A stretch of DNA of 64,000 nt from the NCBI GenBank assembly GCA_964016885.1, contig OZ024742.1:159712001-159776000 (forward strand), given 5' to 3'. Shown piece by piece: positions 14,883-30,702 of this stretch. Source of the stretch: Eledone cirrhosa. Taxonomy: Eukaryota. The translations under genes and the position numbers were made by a program. The notes below the pieces were generated by a model. The model worked only from the letters and a program-made list of their open reading frames with translations. It ran no database searches and was not told the DNA's origin. The first letter of the stretch is position 1, and each line of letters opens with the position of its first letter.

Positions 14883-15070
14883 AGGATTGGCAGTATCGGT
14901 AGAGGGTCGGACGCCATGTTTTCCAGCATAGTTACGTCCCTTTACGATCTGAGTTCAAATCCCGCCGAGGTTGACTTTGCCTTTCATCCTTACGGGGTCG
15001 ATAAAATAAAGTACCAGTAATGCACTGGGTAATTGCTGGCCTTGTGCCTAAAGTAGAAACAATTATTTTA
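14883..15070 (+). mobile_element. tRNA-derived SINE (family 2)
   Basis: GGATTGGCAG..CGGTAGAG head, B box GAGTTCAAATCCC, core GACTTTGCCTTTCATCCTT..GGGGTCGATAAAATAAAGTACCAG. Many dispersed copies (e.g. 7530-8030, 25810-26660, 42240-42420, 49216-49600). Confidence 0.75.
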
Positions 15071-15833
15071 TTGTCTAATAAGTTGGGAAGATAATCCCCT
15101 AGAGACAGAAAAAATTGGTATAGGAGTGCCATTTGTTTTAAAAAGGAACTAACAGGCACTTTGCAAATATAGCAAGTTTTGGAAAAAGTAAAAACAAGTG
15201 AGAAGGTGGTGAATTGGCATTGAATGGAAGATTCCTCATTGCGCTCAGAATTCAAATCCCACCAAGGTCAGCTTTGCCTTTCATCCTTTTAAAGTTGATA
15301 AATAAAATACCAGTCCAGCACTGGGTTTGATTCTTCCTTTTTTCCTGCTTTGAAAGAAATCTGCTACTCTTTGATCTCAGGAGGGGTGGGCTCCACAAGC
15401 CTTAAAATTCCCAAAACTGCTGTGTTAGGACAACACCTCTGTGATTCCATTAAGAATTAAGGACACTTTACTATACTGGAAAAAGGCAAGACATTTTTTC
15501 TTTATTTAAATTAGAATGTAACACTCTGCCATTGAAGTTAGTTGATGTCCTGGGATGTAGTCTTGTAGCCTTGTTAGAAACTCACTTCTTTGGAGGGGAA
15601 ATCAGATTATTTAAAAAGAAAAATATAAACGTTTTCTTTTTCCTTGAGTTTCTTTTCTTTGACACCTTATCTGTGATTCATTCCAATTTCTAAATACAGC
15701 AGGCCATAGTTTATAGCAGCTGGTGATTGCATTCCTATAAGATAACTACCATTAACCCACATACATATACACACACGCACACACATGCATGGATACATGC
15801 ATATGTACATATATGTATATATATATATATATA

Positions 15834-16166
15834 TCATCATCATCATCATCATTTTTATGTCCGCTTTTCCCTGCTTGCAAGGGTGGGACGGGAACTGATT
15901 CTGGCTTGATTTCTACAGCTGGATGCCCTTCCTAACACCACCTCATTTACAGTGAGTGCTGGGTGCTTTTTTGCCGTGGCACCTCCACGACCACTTTGCA
16001 GTAGAATGATAAGGACCCCAGTCCTATCATCTCATTTCTACAGCTGAGTAAACTGGAGCAATGTGAAATAAAGTGTCTTGCTCAAGGAAACAACACATCA
16101 CTCGGTCTGAGAATTGAACTCACAGCCTTTCGATTGCAAGGCCACTGCTCTAACCACTAAGCCATG
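15834..16166 (-). mobile_element. tRNA-derived CORE-type SINE (family 1)
   Basis: Near-identical to 12884-13219 and 20941-21286. Confidence 0.8.
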
Positions 16167-16329
16167 AATATATACATATACACATACTTACATCTATCCA
16201 TGCATACATGCATGCATACATACATACATACATACATACATACATACATACATACATAATGCTGGCCTGTTTGGGAGATCAGTAGCCTCACTTCAGTACT
16301 GACTTAGTCATTGTAGACGCATCTAACTC

Positions 16330-16925
16330 TTGCTAGCAGGGAAATCAGATGTTAAAACTGTTATGTCTTTTCAGATCAGAAATTGATTTGCACACTACAT
16401 ATTTAGTTTCATCTGGTCTTGGAAGGAAAGTGTTGCATACAGTTGGTCTTACATGGAGTTTTAAATGAGTGATAAACCCAGATTTAGAGAGCAGTAAACA
16501 TCCACATGCTTCATATCTCCAGCTTCCTATCTTCTCATTGAGGTTGATATTGTGGCCCCTAAGAAGTTGACACTTAAGCCTTTCATGTTCAAGACTTCCC
16601 TCTTCAAACATTCTGCAGCCTTCTCTCACATATCTTCTCCATTCAGCCATCTGAACATCAATCTTCCCCATTTTCTTTTCACGATGATCATCATGAAAAC
16701 CTTTGTTGCCCTCAGTCCCTAAACTACTGTTTTCTTCTACAAAATTCGGAAGAGTGCATCCTGTTTGAGAAAGGAACACTGTGAAGTGGAGTGGATGATG
16801 CAGTGGGTGCCACTGGTTGCTCTCAGTGGCAATGCATTCACAAATTTGTCCACAGAGCACAGTTCAGATATACTACCCAAACTGGGGTGTAGAGACTGCT
16901 GCTCCATCTCCCCATATTTCACTTT
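16330..16925 (-). mobile_element. Degenerate LINE 3' end (RTE/RTEX-like) with C2H2-like remnants
   Basis: ORF 16345..16860(-) EWRRYVREG...CGCLLLSKSGFITH...CKSISDLKRH. Confidence 0.5.
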
Positions 16926-17292
16926 CATTATTTAATTGATTAACGGGGTCGATTAAATAAAGTACCAGTAATGTACTGGATAATTGCTGGCCTTGTGCCT
17001 AAAGTAGAAACAATTATTTAATTGATTTTTTTTTCTAATACTGAATTTGAACAAAAATATTTGCTCTCTTGACTTTAAATGGATGAAACAGTTTTAGTCC
17101 TGCGGAAATTAGTTGACAAAATAACAAGTAGACAAACAACATATTCATATAAATAGAATATATATGTTTATAGTTATTTTGACACCACTTTCTGTAACAG
17201 ACTAAATGCAGCTAGAAACAGCTACTATATCTTTCATTTCTCTTTTTTAATGCAAACATTATGTAATTTAATAGAAATATGATAATTCTCCA

Positions 17293-17516
17293 TTAACCCT
17301 TTAGCATTTACATTACTCTATATTTACTATTATATTTTCATGGTAAAGGCTTTACCTCACATAATTATCTCACGTAATATCTATGAGATTTTGATATTAT
17401 TTATTTTGAGAACAATACCTTAACATCGGTATGTGTGACTGGTTATAGCCAGTTTGAACAGAAAGAGGTGAGGGAATTCTGACTGGATATGACCAGTTTA
17501 AATACTAAAGGGTTAA
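17293..17516. mobile_element. piggyBac-type MITE
   Basis: TTAA|CCCTTTAGCATTTA ... TAAATACTAAAGGG|TTAA: CCC-starting TIRs with TTAA duplication. Three copies in the window. Confidence 0.8.
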
Positions 17517-17542
17517 TCAAATTTCTTGTTCTATATTTTCAG

Positions 17543-17776
17543 ACAATTGTTCCCTGGCTATTTATAAAGCCAGTGACAACTATACATGTCTTCTGATTCA
17601 TTGTGTATCTGAAGATGCTTGCCAACCACTTCCATGTAGTGGCTGTGAAACTGTGAAAATCCTGAGAAATAACACCATCACTACCACCAACCCCATTGCC
17701 ACCACTACAGAAGGGGTGTCTGAAAACAATACTAAATTATCCCTAAATTCTTCTACAACTGCAATAACTCTCACAG
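17543..17776 (+). CDS. MANSC-domain protein, coding exon 2: MANSC C-half + start of Thr-rich stalk
   Basis: Acceptor TTTTCAG|, donor ACAG|GTATTT, 234 nt, phase 1-1. Splicing to exon 1 gives CTLQCCNQDNCSLAIYKASDNYTCLLIHCVSEDAC, the MANSC cysteine spacing. Confidence 0.88.
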
Positions 17777-19819
17777 GTATTTATTTAATCATTAAATTAT
17801 TCATGTTTATTTGGGTTTCAATATTTCCATCTCACATCACCAACTTCAGTTAGGAGTCTTCTATGTAGTCATTTGACATGCTAGAAATAGCAGTCAAATC
17901 ACACATAAATAATGCCGTAGATCATCATCACCATTTTGTCTATTTTCTATGCTTGCATGAGTTAGACAAGTTTTTGTGTTTTGATGCCAAACAGTCAGAT
18001 GACTATCTTGTTCATATGTTCCACTTTGGCATGGTTTCTATGCCTGAATTCATTTTCTCATGACACCATTACTACCACCTTACAGAGCTGACTTGGTGCC
18101 TTTGTCATGACACCAGCATTACACTTTACATCATCATTATCATCACCATTTACTATCTATTCTCCATGATTACATAGGTCAGATGGTTTGTCATGTTGTG
18201 GGACAAATCAGTTCAAGTGACCATGTTTTGCTCTTACCTAACTGTTTTTGACTTGGTTTCTATTTCTGGATGCCTTTCCTGATGCCAACTACACCTCTCA
18301 AGTCCTAATACACCACCCACATCTGATCACACTACCCTTATCCCATACTATTACACCCTTGCCTCAGTCCCCAGTCCACACAATAAAGTGGTTGTGAAGG
18401 TATCACGACAAAAAGCACCCAGCCCACACTGTAAAGTGGTCATGTGGGTGTCATGACAAAAAGCACCCAGCCGACATTGTAAATGTGGTTGGTGTTAGGA
18501 AGGACATCCAACCATAGAAACCAAGTCAGAAACAGTTCTGTATGAGCAAGGCATGGTCATCTGACAAAACTTGCCTCAAATGGAACAGCCAATCTAACCC
18601 ATGCTAGCATGGAAATTAGATGCTAAACAATGATGATGATGATGACATTGGATAATGTAATATTTCTAATTACACTATACCTGAAAAGTGGATAAGATGG
18701 TTTGGGCTTGAACACCTTTTCAGATTATTTTCTGATAGCATGTATCTTAGCAAAGTCTATGTATCATTCTTTACTTTTCATAAAAGACCATAGGGTTTAA
18801 TTTGATGGAGATTTTGCTACTATTTCTGGCCAATTAATTGACAACCATGAGGTTCCGTTGTTTGTTTGTCTTGTCAATATTCATGTCTTAACAAACTGTT
18901 TAACTGTTTTTAAACTTGTTCTTTATGTCCAGATGTTTCCTGGTGTATCATATGACTTTAGACACCCACAGCATTAAAATGCTAACTTTTACATAAGATA
19001 ACTAAGACAAGATCAATAGGTATTAAAGCCAAAGCTCTCTATTTACATTGAACAAAATCATTAAATTCAGTGATTTTTAAAATATCTGTTTTAACCATTT
19101 TATCTATACTAGGATGACGTCAAGAGATGTGTATGTGAGTGTGAGTGATTGTGTGTGTTAGTGTGTAGTATGTGTGTGTGTGGATTTTGATTCTTAACGG
19201 TTAGATGTTGGGTGGGATTGTGTGAATATGTTTTTGATTGTAATGCATGATCTGGGAAATGATACTGTCCAGGCAAGGATAGCTGACTTTAACATTATGT
19301 ACATTGAATAGTTTATTTGTTTTTTGTGTCAGAAGAAAGTATTTCCTTATCAGAACCATGGATTTCCTTACTATGTTTGTGACTATGTATAAATTATGTG
19401 ATGAGTGTAACCCAATTACCTTCTGCTAGTAAGGCATAGATGGAGTATTATTTGTGTAAACTAACTGTTCACTGAAGCCATTTTTCGCTGGCACTTCATT
19501 ACAATAGAGAGCTGCTCTGTTAAAGATACCCCTGATTGAGGATAGATTGGAGATTCTCTTACTCGTATGAACTACAAGGTTCTTAATTATGGCTAGGGAG
19601 AGGTGATTGGAATTTTTGTAAATCTATATCATAGATGGCAATTTGGCAAAGTCTTTAGAGCTTCGTTTAAAATGTTTCATGGCATTCATTTCAGCTCTCG
19701 ACACTTGGAGTTAAAATCCTACTCAGGTTTACTTTGCTTTTCATCCTTTCATGATCTGTAAATAATGTACCAGTCCGGTACTGGAGTAAATTCTTCTCTT
19801 ATTTTCTTTCTATATGTAT

Positions 19820-19985
19820 GGAGGCACATGGCTTAGTGGTTAGAGCATTGGCCTGTAATCGAAAGGTTGTGAGTTCAATTCTCAGACCGGGTGATGTGTT
19901 GTTTCCTTGAACAAGACACTTTATTTCACATTGCTCCAGTTTACTCAGCTGTAGAAATGAGATGATAGGGACTGGGGTCCATATT
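19820..19985 (+). mobile_element. 3'-truncated family 1 SINE (tRNA head + CORE)
   Basis: GGAGGCACATGGCTTAGTGGTTAGAGC...GAGTTCAATTCTC...CCTTGAACAAGACACTT. Confidence 0.75.
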
Positions 19986-20500
19986 GTGAGCTATGGAGGA
20001 GTGGATATTCACTCTACCTTACTGATAAATTTCTTATATTGAAGCGACCAGCAATAAAGGTTGTCAGAGGTTCCTTCCTAGCAAGCAGCTCTGTTCAGTC
20101 CTTTCCTTCTCCAAAGGTACTTTATCCAATTTTCTCAACTATTATCTATAGTGATCAACTTTTATTAAAGTCATTTACTTTGGGACGACTACATTTCAAA
20201 TTTCCCCAATGTTTATTATGTCAACCAGATGTTCACACACACAAACCCATATACATAGCCCATGCAAGCATAGAAAATAGATGTTAGACAGTGATGATGA
20301 TTATGATGACAATATATATATATGTGTGTGTGGTGTGTATGAATATGTACATATATATATATATATATGCAGAGGTTATATTTAATTTGTTGGGATTCAA
20401 GAAGCTTAAAAAATGTTATAACTGATATAAAGCACTCAACAGTAGTGGAGTAACTACACAATATATTAATAAATGGAAACTATATTGATAAAACCATATT

Positions 20501-20566
20501 TATTTTATTATATATATTTCAAGGGCAACCATGGCAAATTATGGTGCGCTTTCATCAGATAAAATA
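20501..20566 (-). ncRNA. Minimal type I hammerhead ribozyme motif
   Basis: Minus strand: TATTTTAT-CTGATGA-aagcgcacca..tggttgccctt-GAAA-TATATA-TA^ATAAAATA. 8-bp stem I, palindromic mini stem III. Confidence 0.75.
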
Positions 20567-20667
20567 CAGATTTGTTTTATAAATAAATATTGACATACCC
20601 GGAAAAAAGACAACCTTAACGGTTGGAGCTTCCGGGTATGTCAATATTTATTTATAAAACAAATCTG

Positions 20668-20733
20668 TATTTTATCTGATGAAAGCGCACCATAATTTGC
20701 CTTGGATGCCCTTGAAATATATATAATAAAATA
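20668..20733 (+). ncRNA. Minimal type I hammerhead ribozyme motif
   Basis: TATTTTAT-CTGATGA(20676)-aagcgcacca..tggatgccctt-GAAA(20714)-TATATA-TA^ATAAAATA. Predicted cleavage after 20725 (AUA). Confidence 0.75.
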
Positions 20734-20771
20734 AATATGGTTTTATAAATATAGTTTCCATTTATTAATAT

Positions 20772-20805
<34 letters not shown>

Positions 20806-20812
<7 letters not shown>

Positions 20813-20884
20813 TTCCAAAAGAATGTATACACACTTCAGCAGAATGGTAATCAAAGTACGCATACATTTTTTGTGGACACCCTG
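20806..20884. mobile_element. Tiny Tc1/mariner-type MITE
   Basis: Imperfect TIRs of about 30 bp (TAGGGTATTCCAAAAGAATGTAT / ATACATTTTTTGTGGACACCCTG) in TA context. Confidence 0.5.
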
Positions 20885-20940
20885 TGTATATATATATATA
20901 GTGAGAAGTGTGGTTACACACTCTGTATATATACAGATAT

Positions 20941-21286
20941 CATCATCATCATCATCATTTCATTTTACGTCCGCTTTTTCCCTGCTTGCAAGGGTGGGAC
21001 GAGAACTGATTCTGGCTTGATTTCTACAGCTGGATGCCCTCCCTAACACCAACCTCATTTACAGTGAGTGCTGGATGCTTTTTTGCCGTGGCACCTCCAC
21101 GACCACTTTACAGTGGAATGATATGGACCCCAGTCACTATCATCTCATTTCTACAGCTGAGTAAACTGGAGCAATGTGAAATAAAGTGTCTTGCTCAAGG
21201 AAACAACACATCACCTGGTCTGAGATTTGAACTCACAACCTTTCGATTGCAAGGCCAATGCTCTAACCACTAAGCCATGTGCCTCC
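20941..21286 (-). mobile_element. tRNA-derived CORE-type SINE (family 1)
   Basis: (CAT)n ... CTAACCACTAAGCCATGTGCCTCC; matches the other family 1 copies. Confidence 0.8.
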
Positions 21287-21291
21287 AGATA

Positions 21292-24938
<3,647 letters not shown>

Positions 24939-24941
<3 letters not shown>

Positions 24942-25378
24942 GGTGCATGGCTTAGTGGTTAGAGCATTGGGCTTGCAATCGAAAGGTTGTGAGTTCAATT
25001 CTCGGACCAGGTGATGTGTTGTTTCCTTGAGCAAGACACTTTATTTCACATTGCTCCAGTTTACTCAGCTGTAGAAATGAGATGACAGGACTGGGGACCC
25101 TATCATTCCACTACAAAGTGGTCGTGGAGGTGCCACGGCAAAAAAAGCACCCAGCCACACTGTAAAGTGGATGTGTAGGTGCCACGGAAAGAAAACTCCC
25201 AGCACTCACTGTAAATGAGGTTGGTGTTAGGAAGGGCATCCAGCTGTAGAAATCAAGCCAGAATCAGTTCCCGTATGAGCAAGACAAGGTCACTTGGCCT
25301 AACATTGCCCACAACAGGACAACCCGTCTAACCCATGCTAGCGTGGAAGAATGGACATAAAACGGTGATGATGATGAT
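24939..25378 (+). mobile_element. Full-length tRNA-derived CORE-type SINE with RTE-derived tail (family 1)
   Basis: A/B boxes. CCTTGAGCAAGACACTT...CAGTTTACTCAGCTGTAGAAATG resembles the MIR CORE domain. The last ~200 nt match the RTE 3'UTR at 24705-24880. Confidence 0.82.
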
Positions 25379-25393
25379 ATATATATAAGGAAA

Positions 25394-25515
25394 AGAAATC
25401 GAAAATGCAACTGGAGTCTTTTTAAGAATATTTATTTATTTTCTGTGAACTGTGAAACCAGTAAAGGAAATAAATAAATATTCTTAAAAAAACTCCAGTT
25501 GCATTTTCGATTTCT
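25394..25515. repeat. Inverted repeat, about 50-bp arms
   Basis: AGAAATCGAAAATGCAACTGGAGT..TATTTATTTATTTTC versus its reverse complement at 25467-25515. Confidence 0.9.
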
Positions 25516-25630
25516 GTTTTTTATACTTTCACTCGTGTAAGACATCTTGTTTTTTATTTAAAAAAAAAATCATTTTCTGTGAATGTCATCTCTATTTTAT
25601 CTATATCAAATACTACAAATTTTATTACAG

Positions 25631-25666
25631 CTGACAATTTTACTTCTCAAGACTCCACCACACAAG
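25631..25666 (+). CDS. MANSC-domain protein, 36-nt micro-exon (ADNFTSQDSTTQ)
   Basis: TTTATTACAG| acceptor, CAAG|GTTGGT donor (same donor as the repeated exons), phase 1-1, Ser/Thr-rich with an NFT sequon. Confidence 0.65.
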
Positions 25667-27068
25667 GTTGGTAACACTTACCCACTGTTAACCATTCTGT
25701 AAACATATTTCTAATAAGAATGTATTGCTTTTATGTTTTAATTTTTAAAATAATCAATAATTCTAAGAGGTTTAGTGAGGTAACTAACATTCAACTTAAT
25801 AATGATTAATTTAGGCACAAGGCCAGAAATTCGTGGGAGGATTATGTCAATTACATTAATCCCAGTGCTTAACTGATACTATATTTCATTGACTCTAGAA
25901 AGATGAAAGGTGAAGTTGACCATGCCAGGATTTGAATCTAGAAGGTACAAAGCTGGAAGACATACCACAAGGCATTTTGTCTGACTCTTTAATGGTACTT
26001 GCCAATCCAACATCATAACTTTCTACGTAATAATTGTTTCTACTTCTGGCACAAGGCCAGCAATTTGAAGGGAAAGGGGAAAGTTGATTAAATCGATCCC
26101 ACTGCATTTTTTGTACTTTATTTCATTAATCCTGTAAGCATGAAAGGTAGGATTTGAACTCAGAAGGTAAAGAGCCATAACTATATGCCACAAGACATTT
26201 TGTATGATGCTCTACCGATTCTGTCAACTTAATAATAAAATGAAAATGTTTATTAATTGTTATCTAATAGTTTCTTCTTTGTTGTAATGATATTTCACTG
26301 CTAGATTTCAATTTAAGATTCAACATTTTAATCCTTTTGTGAACATATTTCTAACAAGAATATACTGCCTTTGTGTTTTAATTATCAAAATAATAGATAA
26401 TTATTAAAGGTTTAGTGAAATAACTAACTTTCAACTTAATAACTCTTTCTAGCATTGGCACTAGGCCAGATATTTGAAGGGGAAGGGGAAAGTTGATTAA
26501 ATCAATCGCAGTGTGTTACTGGTACTTTATTTTACCAACTCTGTAAGGATAAAAGCCAAAGTTATCCATGGCAGTATTTGAACTCAGAATGTAAAAGGCT
26601 ATAACTATATGTCACAAAACATGTTGTCCATTGCTCTACCAATAATACAAATCCACCACCCAAACTTTCAACTTAATAATTAAACATGAATATTTAACTA
26701 CTGAAATACATAGCATCAGTCATATAATAATAAGGGAACAAAATAAAATTCTAAACTACCACAAATTTTCAGCCTGTGGTATTCAAGCCATTTGTTTGGA
26801 GCAAGATTGATGTACAAGGGTGTTTGGTTATTCCAGCATCTATCACTCAAGGCAATGCTATGAGTGCGTTGGCTTGCCTCAAAAATTATTAGAAGGAAAC
26901 TTCAGTGCCCCCTGTTGTGAAATGTGATTGAGTGTAAAGTCTTCTCCCATTGTTTTGTTTTTTGCCTTTTTAAATATAAATTGTGTTCATTTGTATGCAT
27001 AATTATGTTGAAGGTTTGAATTTAAATTTGAACTTTAGTAATTGATGTGGTTTCATGTGGGTTTGTGT

Positions 27069-27289
27069 TTAACCCTTTAGCATTTAACCTGGCCATATCT
27101 AGCCAGAATTCTTTCACCTCTTTCTGTTTCTGTTTAAACCAGCTGTTCATACTGACGTTAAGGTATGGTTCTCAAAATAAATAATATAAAAATCTAATTC
27201 AATATTGTGTGAGATCATTATGTGAGGTAAAGCCTTTACCTTGAAAATATAATAGTAAATATAGAGTAATGTAAATGCTAAAGGGTTAA
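27069..27289. mobile_element. piggyBac-type MITE (opposite orientation to the 17293 copy)
   Basis: TTAA|CCCTTTAGCATTTA...TAAATGCTAAAGGG|TTAA. Confidence 0.8.
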
Positions 27290-28515
27290 AGAGTAAATAC
27301 AAGAATTTTCAGCTAGGTACATATTGAAGGAGCCTGTTATCATATTTATTTTTAATGAAAAATGCTGCCTATAATTTTCAAATAATTTTGAAAATAATCA
27401 AGATTTTGTAAAGTTTAAATAATTTAACTAACCTTTTCGTTATTAGGCTTGTGTTGAAACAACTTTTTTTGCATAAAATTGTAATTGAAGATTTTTCAGA
27501 TAAATATAAAATTTTTAAAACAAATAGTTCAGCCTTATATTGTAGAACCAAGGATGGTTTCGGATGGGTTTATAGCAATTATTTGGATGGTCGTATTCGA
27601 ATCACGTCGGGATGTCCAGTTATAGCGATGGTTTTTGATGGTCGTGCTGGTTAGTTGATTGTGTTGTGGTGTTGATTCATTTGTTGCATGCGTGCTCACT
27701 TGTAGCTTGCTGTCGTGTGGTCACTGTTGTGTGGTACAATGTGACCAGAGGTTTGATCTGTAGGAAGCAATAGTTCACTTGTTCACTCTATCAAGAACCA
27801 CTTTGAACTGCTCCCTGCTTGATCTATGGCAGGCTATTTATCTCTGTTGCTGACCTTTAGAGATCATCCACTCTCAGACTTATTGATACCTGCCCGAAAG
27901 GAGATAACCCAAAAAATGACCGTTAAATGTCACCCAGTGGTCAAGGTGTGGACAGATTTCACTAGAGGTTGATATTCTCTATTTAAAACCTCTGTTATCT
28001 CTTCACTCAGTTATTATTTTTTTAATACACCTCTAATATTTCTAATGACAGTCTTCTTTATGCATTACATCTGATCTTAATAATAATAATGAAAATTATT
28101 GTGTACATTATCAAAAGATTTAATTGTTTCAAAATTGAACCTTTCTTTGTTGAGAATGTTTTCTCTTTCTACTAACCTGCATAAATTCATACTAATGGCT
28201 CCAATTTATTTTGATCTTCACATCTAGAAAAATCCAAAATAACAACAAAAATTATACCTAAAAGAAATGAAATGGAGACTAACATACAACTTAACAAAAT
28301 ACTTTGTTTTAATGTTTTAATTTTTAATGGCATGATGATGATAATAATTATATGTAAATTATATATATATGTATATATAGATGTATATGTATATACATAT
28401 ATATGTATATATAAATATATATATATATATATATAAATGAAAAGTATAGAAATTATTGTAGCAAGAAGCCAACAGTATTCCATAATATATATATATATAT
28501 ATACATATATATATA

Positions 28516-29439
28516 CGAGGTGTGTCAGAAAAGTTCCAGGACTGATGTCACAAAAGATTTATTTAAAACCCAAACTTCACACTAAGAGTTTTCTCCTTCA
28601 AAGTAATCCCCTTGGAGTCTGATGCACTTTTCCATCCTTTTCTGCCACGCTTGCATGCACTTTTGGAAGAATTCTTCCGGGATCCTCCGCAGTTCCGTCG
28701 TCACGGCCTTTTTGATGTCATCCACGTCTTCAAAACGGGTCCCCTTTGGGTCATACTCGAAGACCCATGACTCATCACCAGTGATGAATGTCCCTAGCAA
28801 GTCTGGTTCGGTTTCAAGATACTCGAGGATGTCCTGGCATACTTGCATACGTCGACCCTTCTGGTCATCGTTCAGCAGTTTTGGCACCATTTTTGCGCAG
28901 ACTTTCTGCATGACCCTTCTGGTCATCGTTCAGCAGTTTTGGCACCATTTTTGCGCAGACTTTCTCATCTTCAGTGAGAATATTCCAGACGCTGTCCTGA
29001 TTCATGCCCAGCTCATTTGCCATCAGTCAAACAGTCAGCCGACGATCGCTACGCACCATCTGCCTTCCGCTCGTGGTGTCATCTTCCACATCCTCGCGTC
29101 CTTCTTTAAACCTCTTGCACCACTCAAAAACACGTGAACATGACATCGTCTCATTTCCATACACTTGCTGCAGCAATCCCAGTGCTTCTGACGGGGTTTT
29201 GCACAACTGTACCAGAAACTTCAAGTTTGTTCATTGCTCTGTGCTCATTGCTTAACGACCTGAAACAGAGGACATGTATATAAAATTATGAAGGAAAAAG
29301 TTTGATCGCTGCAGAGAGCTAAGATTACAGTTACATACTCCAGGGGGATTACTTTGAAGGAGAAAACTCTTAGTGTGAAGTTTGGGTTTGAAATAAATCT
29401 TTTGTGACATCAGTCCTGGAACTTTTCTGACACATCTCG
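28516..29439 (-). mobile_element. Internally deleted mariner transposon with ~100-bp TIRs
   Basis: TA|CGAGGTGTGTCAGAAAAGTTCC...GGAACTTTTCTGACACATCTCG|TA. Transposase remnants: HTH (RVFEWCKRFKEGRE), KMVPKLL, ITGDESW, C-terminal GDYFEG. Confidence 0.92.
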
Positions 29440-29450
29440 TATATATATAT

Positions 29451-29755
29451 AAAGGAAAAGAATGACTTCACTTGTAGTTCTAAACAATTTGATTTCATTT
29501 TATAATATTATGATTTTACAATCTTGTTTTGTAGATCTAATAAGATCTTTGTTAACTTCGGTAGGGAGATTTTAAAAGTTTCCTGGCTAACTTTCCTGGA
29601 GGACTTCCTCGCATTCGTTATCCAGGAATCTTTCAAAATCTCCCACCGAAGTTAACAAAGAACTTACTAGATCTACAAAACCAAATTGTAAAATCATAAT
29701 ATTATAAAATTAAATCAAATTGTTTAGAACTACAAGTAAAGTTATTCTTTTCCTT
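29451..29755. repeat. Long inverted repeat, about 140-bp arms
   Basis: AAAGGAAAAGAATGACTTCACTTGTAGTTCTAAACAATTTGATTT.. versus ..AAATCAAATTGTTTAGAACTACAAGTAAAGTTATTCTTTTCCTTT. Confidence 0.92.
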
Positions 29756-29789
29756 TTTTTTTTAATTGTACCAAGGATTTCACACATTT

Positions 29790-29843
<54 letters not shown>

Positions 29844-30369
29844 CCTATTTAGAATAGGTACTACATATTCCTGCATTTTATAAAAAGTGACTATATATAT
29901 ATGTACATATGTGTGTGTGCTTATGTTTATGCTTTGCAAGATTGTTGATTGATGTAAAATCATATGTTGAAACAGATATTGTTATATTTGGGGATGGCCA
30001 TGTTGCCAATGTTGCTAATAAAAAACACTTGCACTATTTAATTTTCACTTTGGTTTTATTATTAGTTATTAGTGAGAAAGACAAAATAAGACAAGAAAGA
30101 AGAGGGGTCACCTAGGAAAAAAAAATGTCATTTATGAGGTCACAGTGTGTGACAAAAGAATTTTGGCAATTACATAAGATAACGAACGAACTAACTAATA
30201 ATTAATAATAAAACTAAAGTGAAAATGAAATAGTGCATGTGTTTTCTATTTGCAATAGTGGCATCATGACCATCCCCAAATATAACAACATGGAAGGTGG
30301 ATGTAAAAACAATGATCATGAAGATGATGATGAAGTCAATGATGATGATGATACATATTGATATTGCAG

Positions 30370-30702
30370 GTTATAATGAATCAAATACATTAAATGTTGG
30401 TAACTCGCCAAGGATGAGTAGAACCATCAAACCAAGTAAATCGACTGAACCAACCACTGAAACATTGTCAGCATTATTTGGTCTTTTCACCCGTTCAGTT
30501 TCAAGTCAGGATCAATTTCCAGTGACGGAACCTTTATCATCACAGATTATAGATGAACTAACTACCAACCCTGTAAACAACACCATTGATCAAATGTTTG
30601 TATTAAATAACAATACAGCTGGCAGTCTAACTACGACAGTGTTCATGTCAAACAGTTCCCGACCTTTCACCACAAGCTATGATGAAATGATTATCAATAA
30701 TA
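30370..30702 (+). CDS. MANSC-domain protein, Ser/Thr-rich stalk exon
   Basis: TTGCAG| acceptor, AATA|GTCAGT donor, 333 nt, phase 1-1, open mucin-like frame GYNESNTLNV...EMIINN. Confidence 0.75.

Larger units (their letters stand above)
20458..20776. repeat. Long inverted repeat (about 147-bp arms, 25-nt spacer) carrying a hammerhead in each arm
   Basis: 20458-20604 is the reverse complement of 20630-20776 with only a few mismatches. Confidence 0.95.

Noticed and set aside
19820-19890. tRNA-like sequence (also at 24939 and others)
   Set aside because: A/B boxes continue into CORE and LINE tail in several copies, so these are SINE heads rather than tRNA genes
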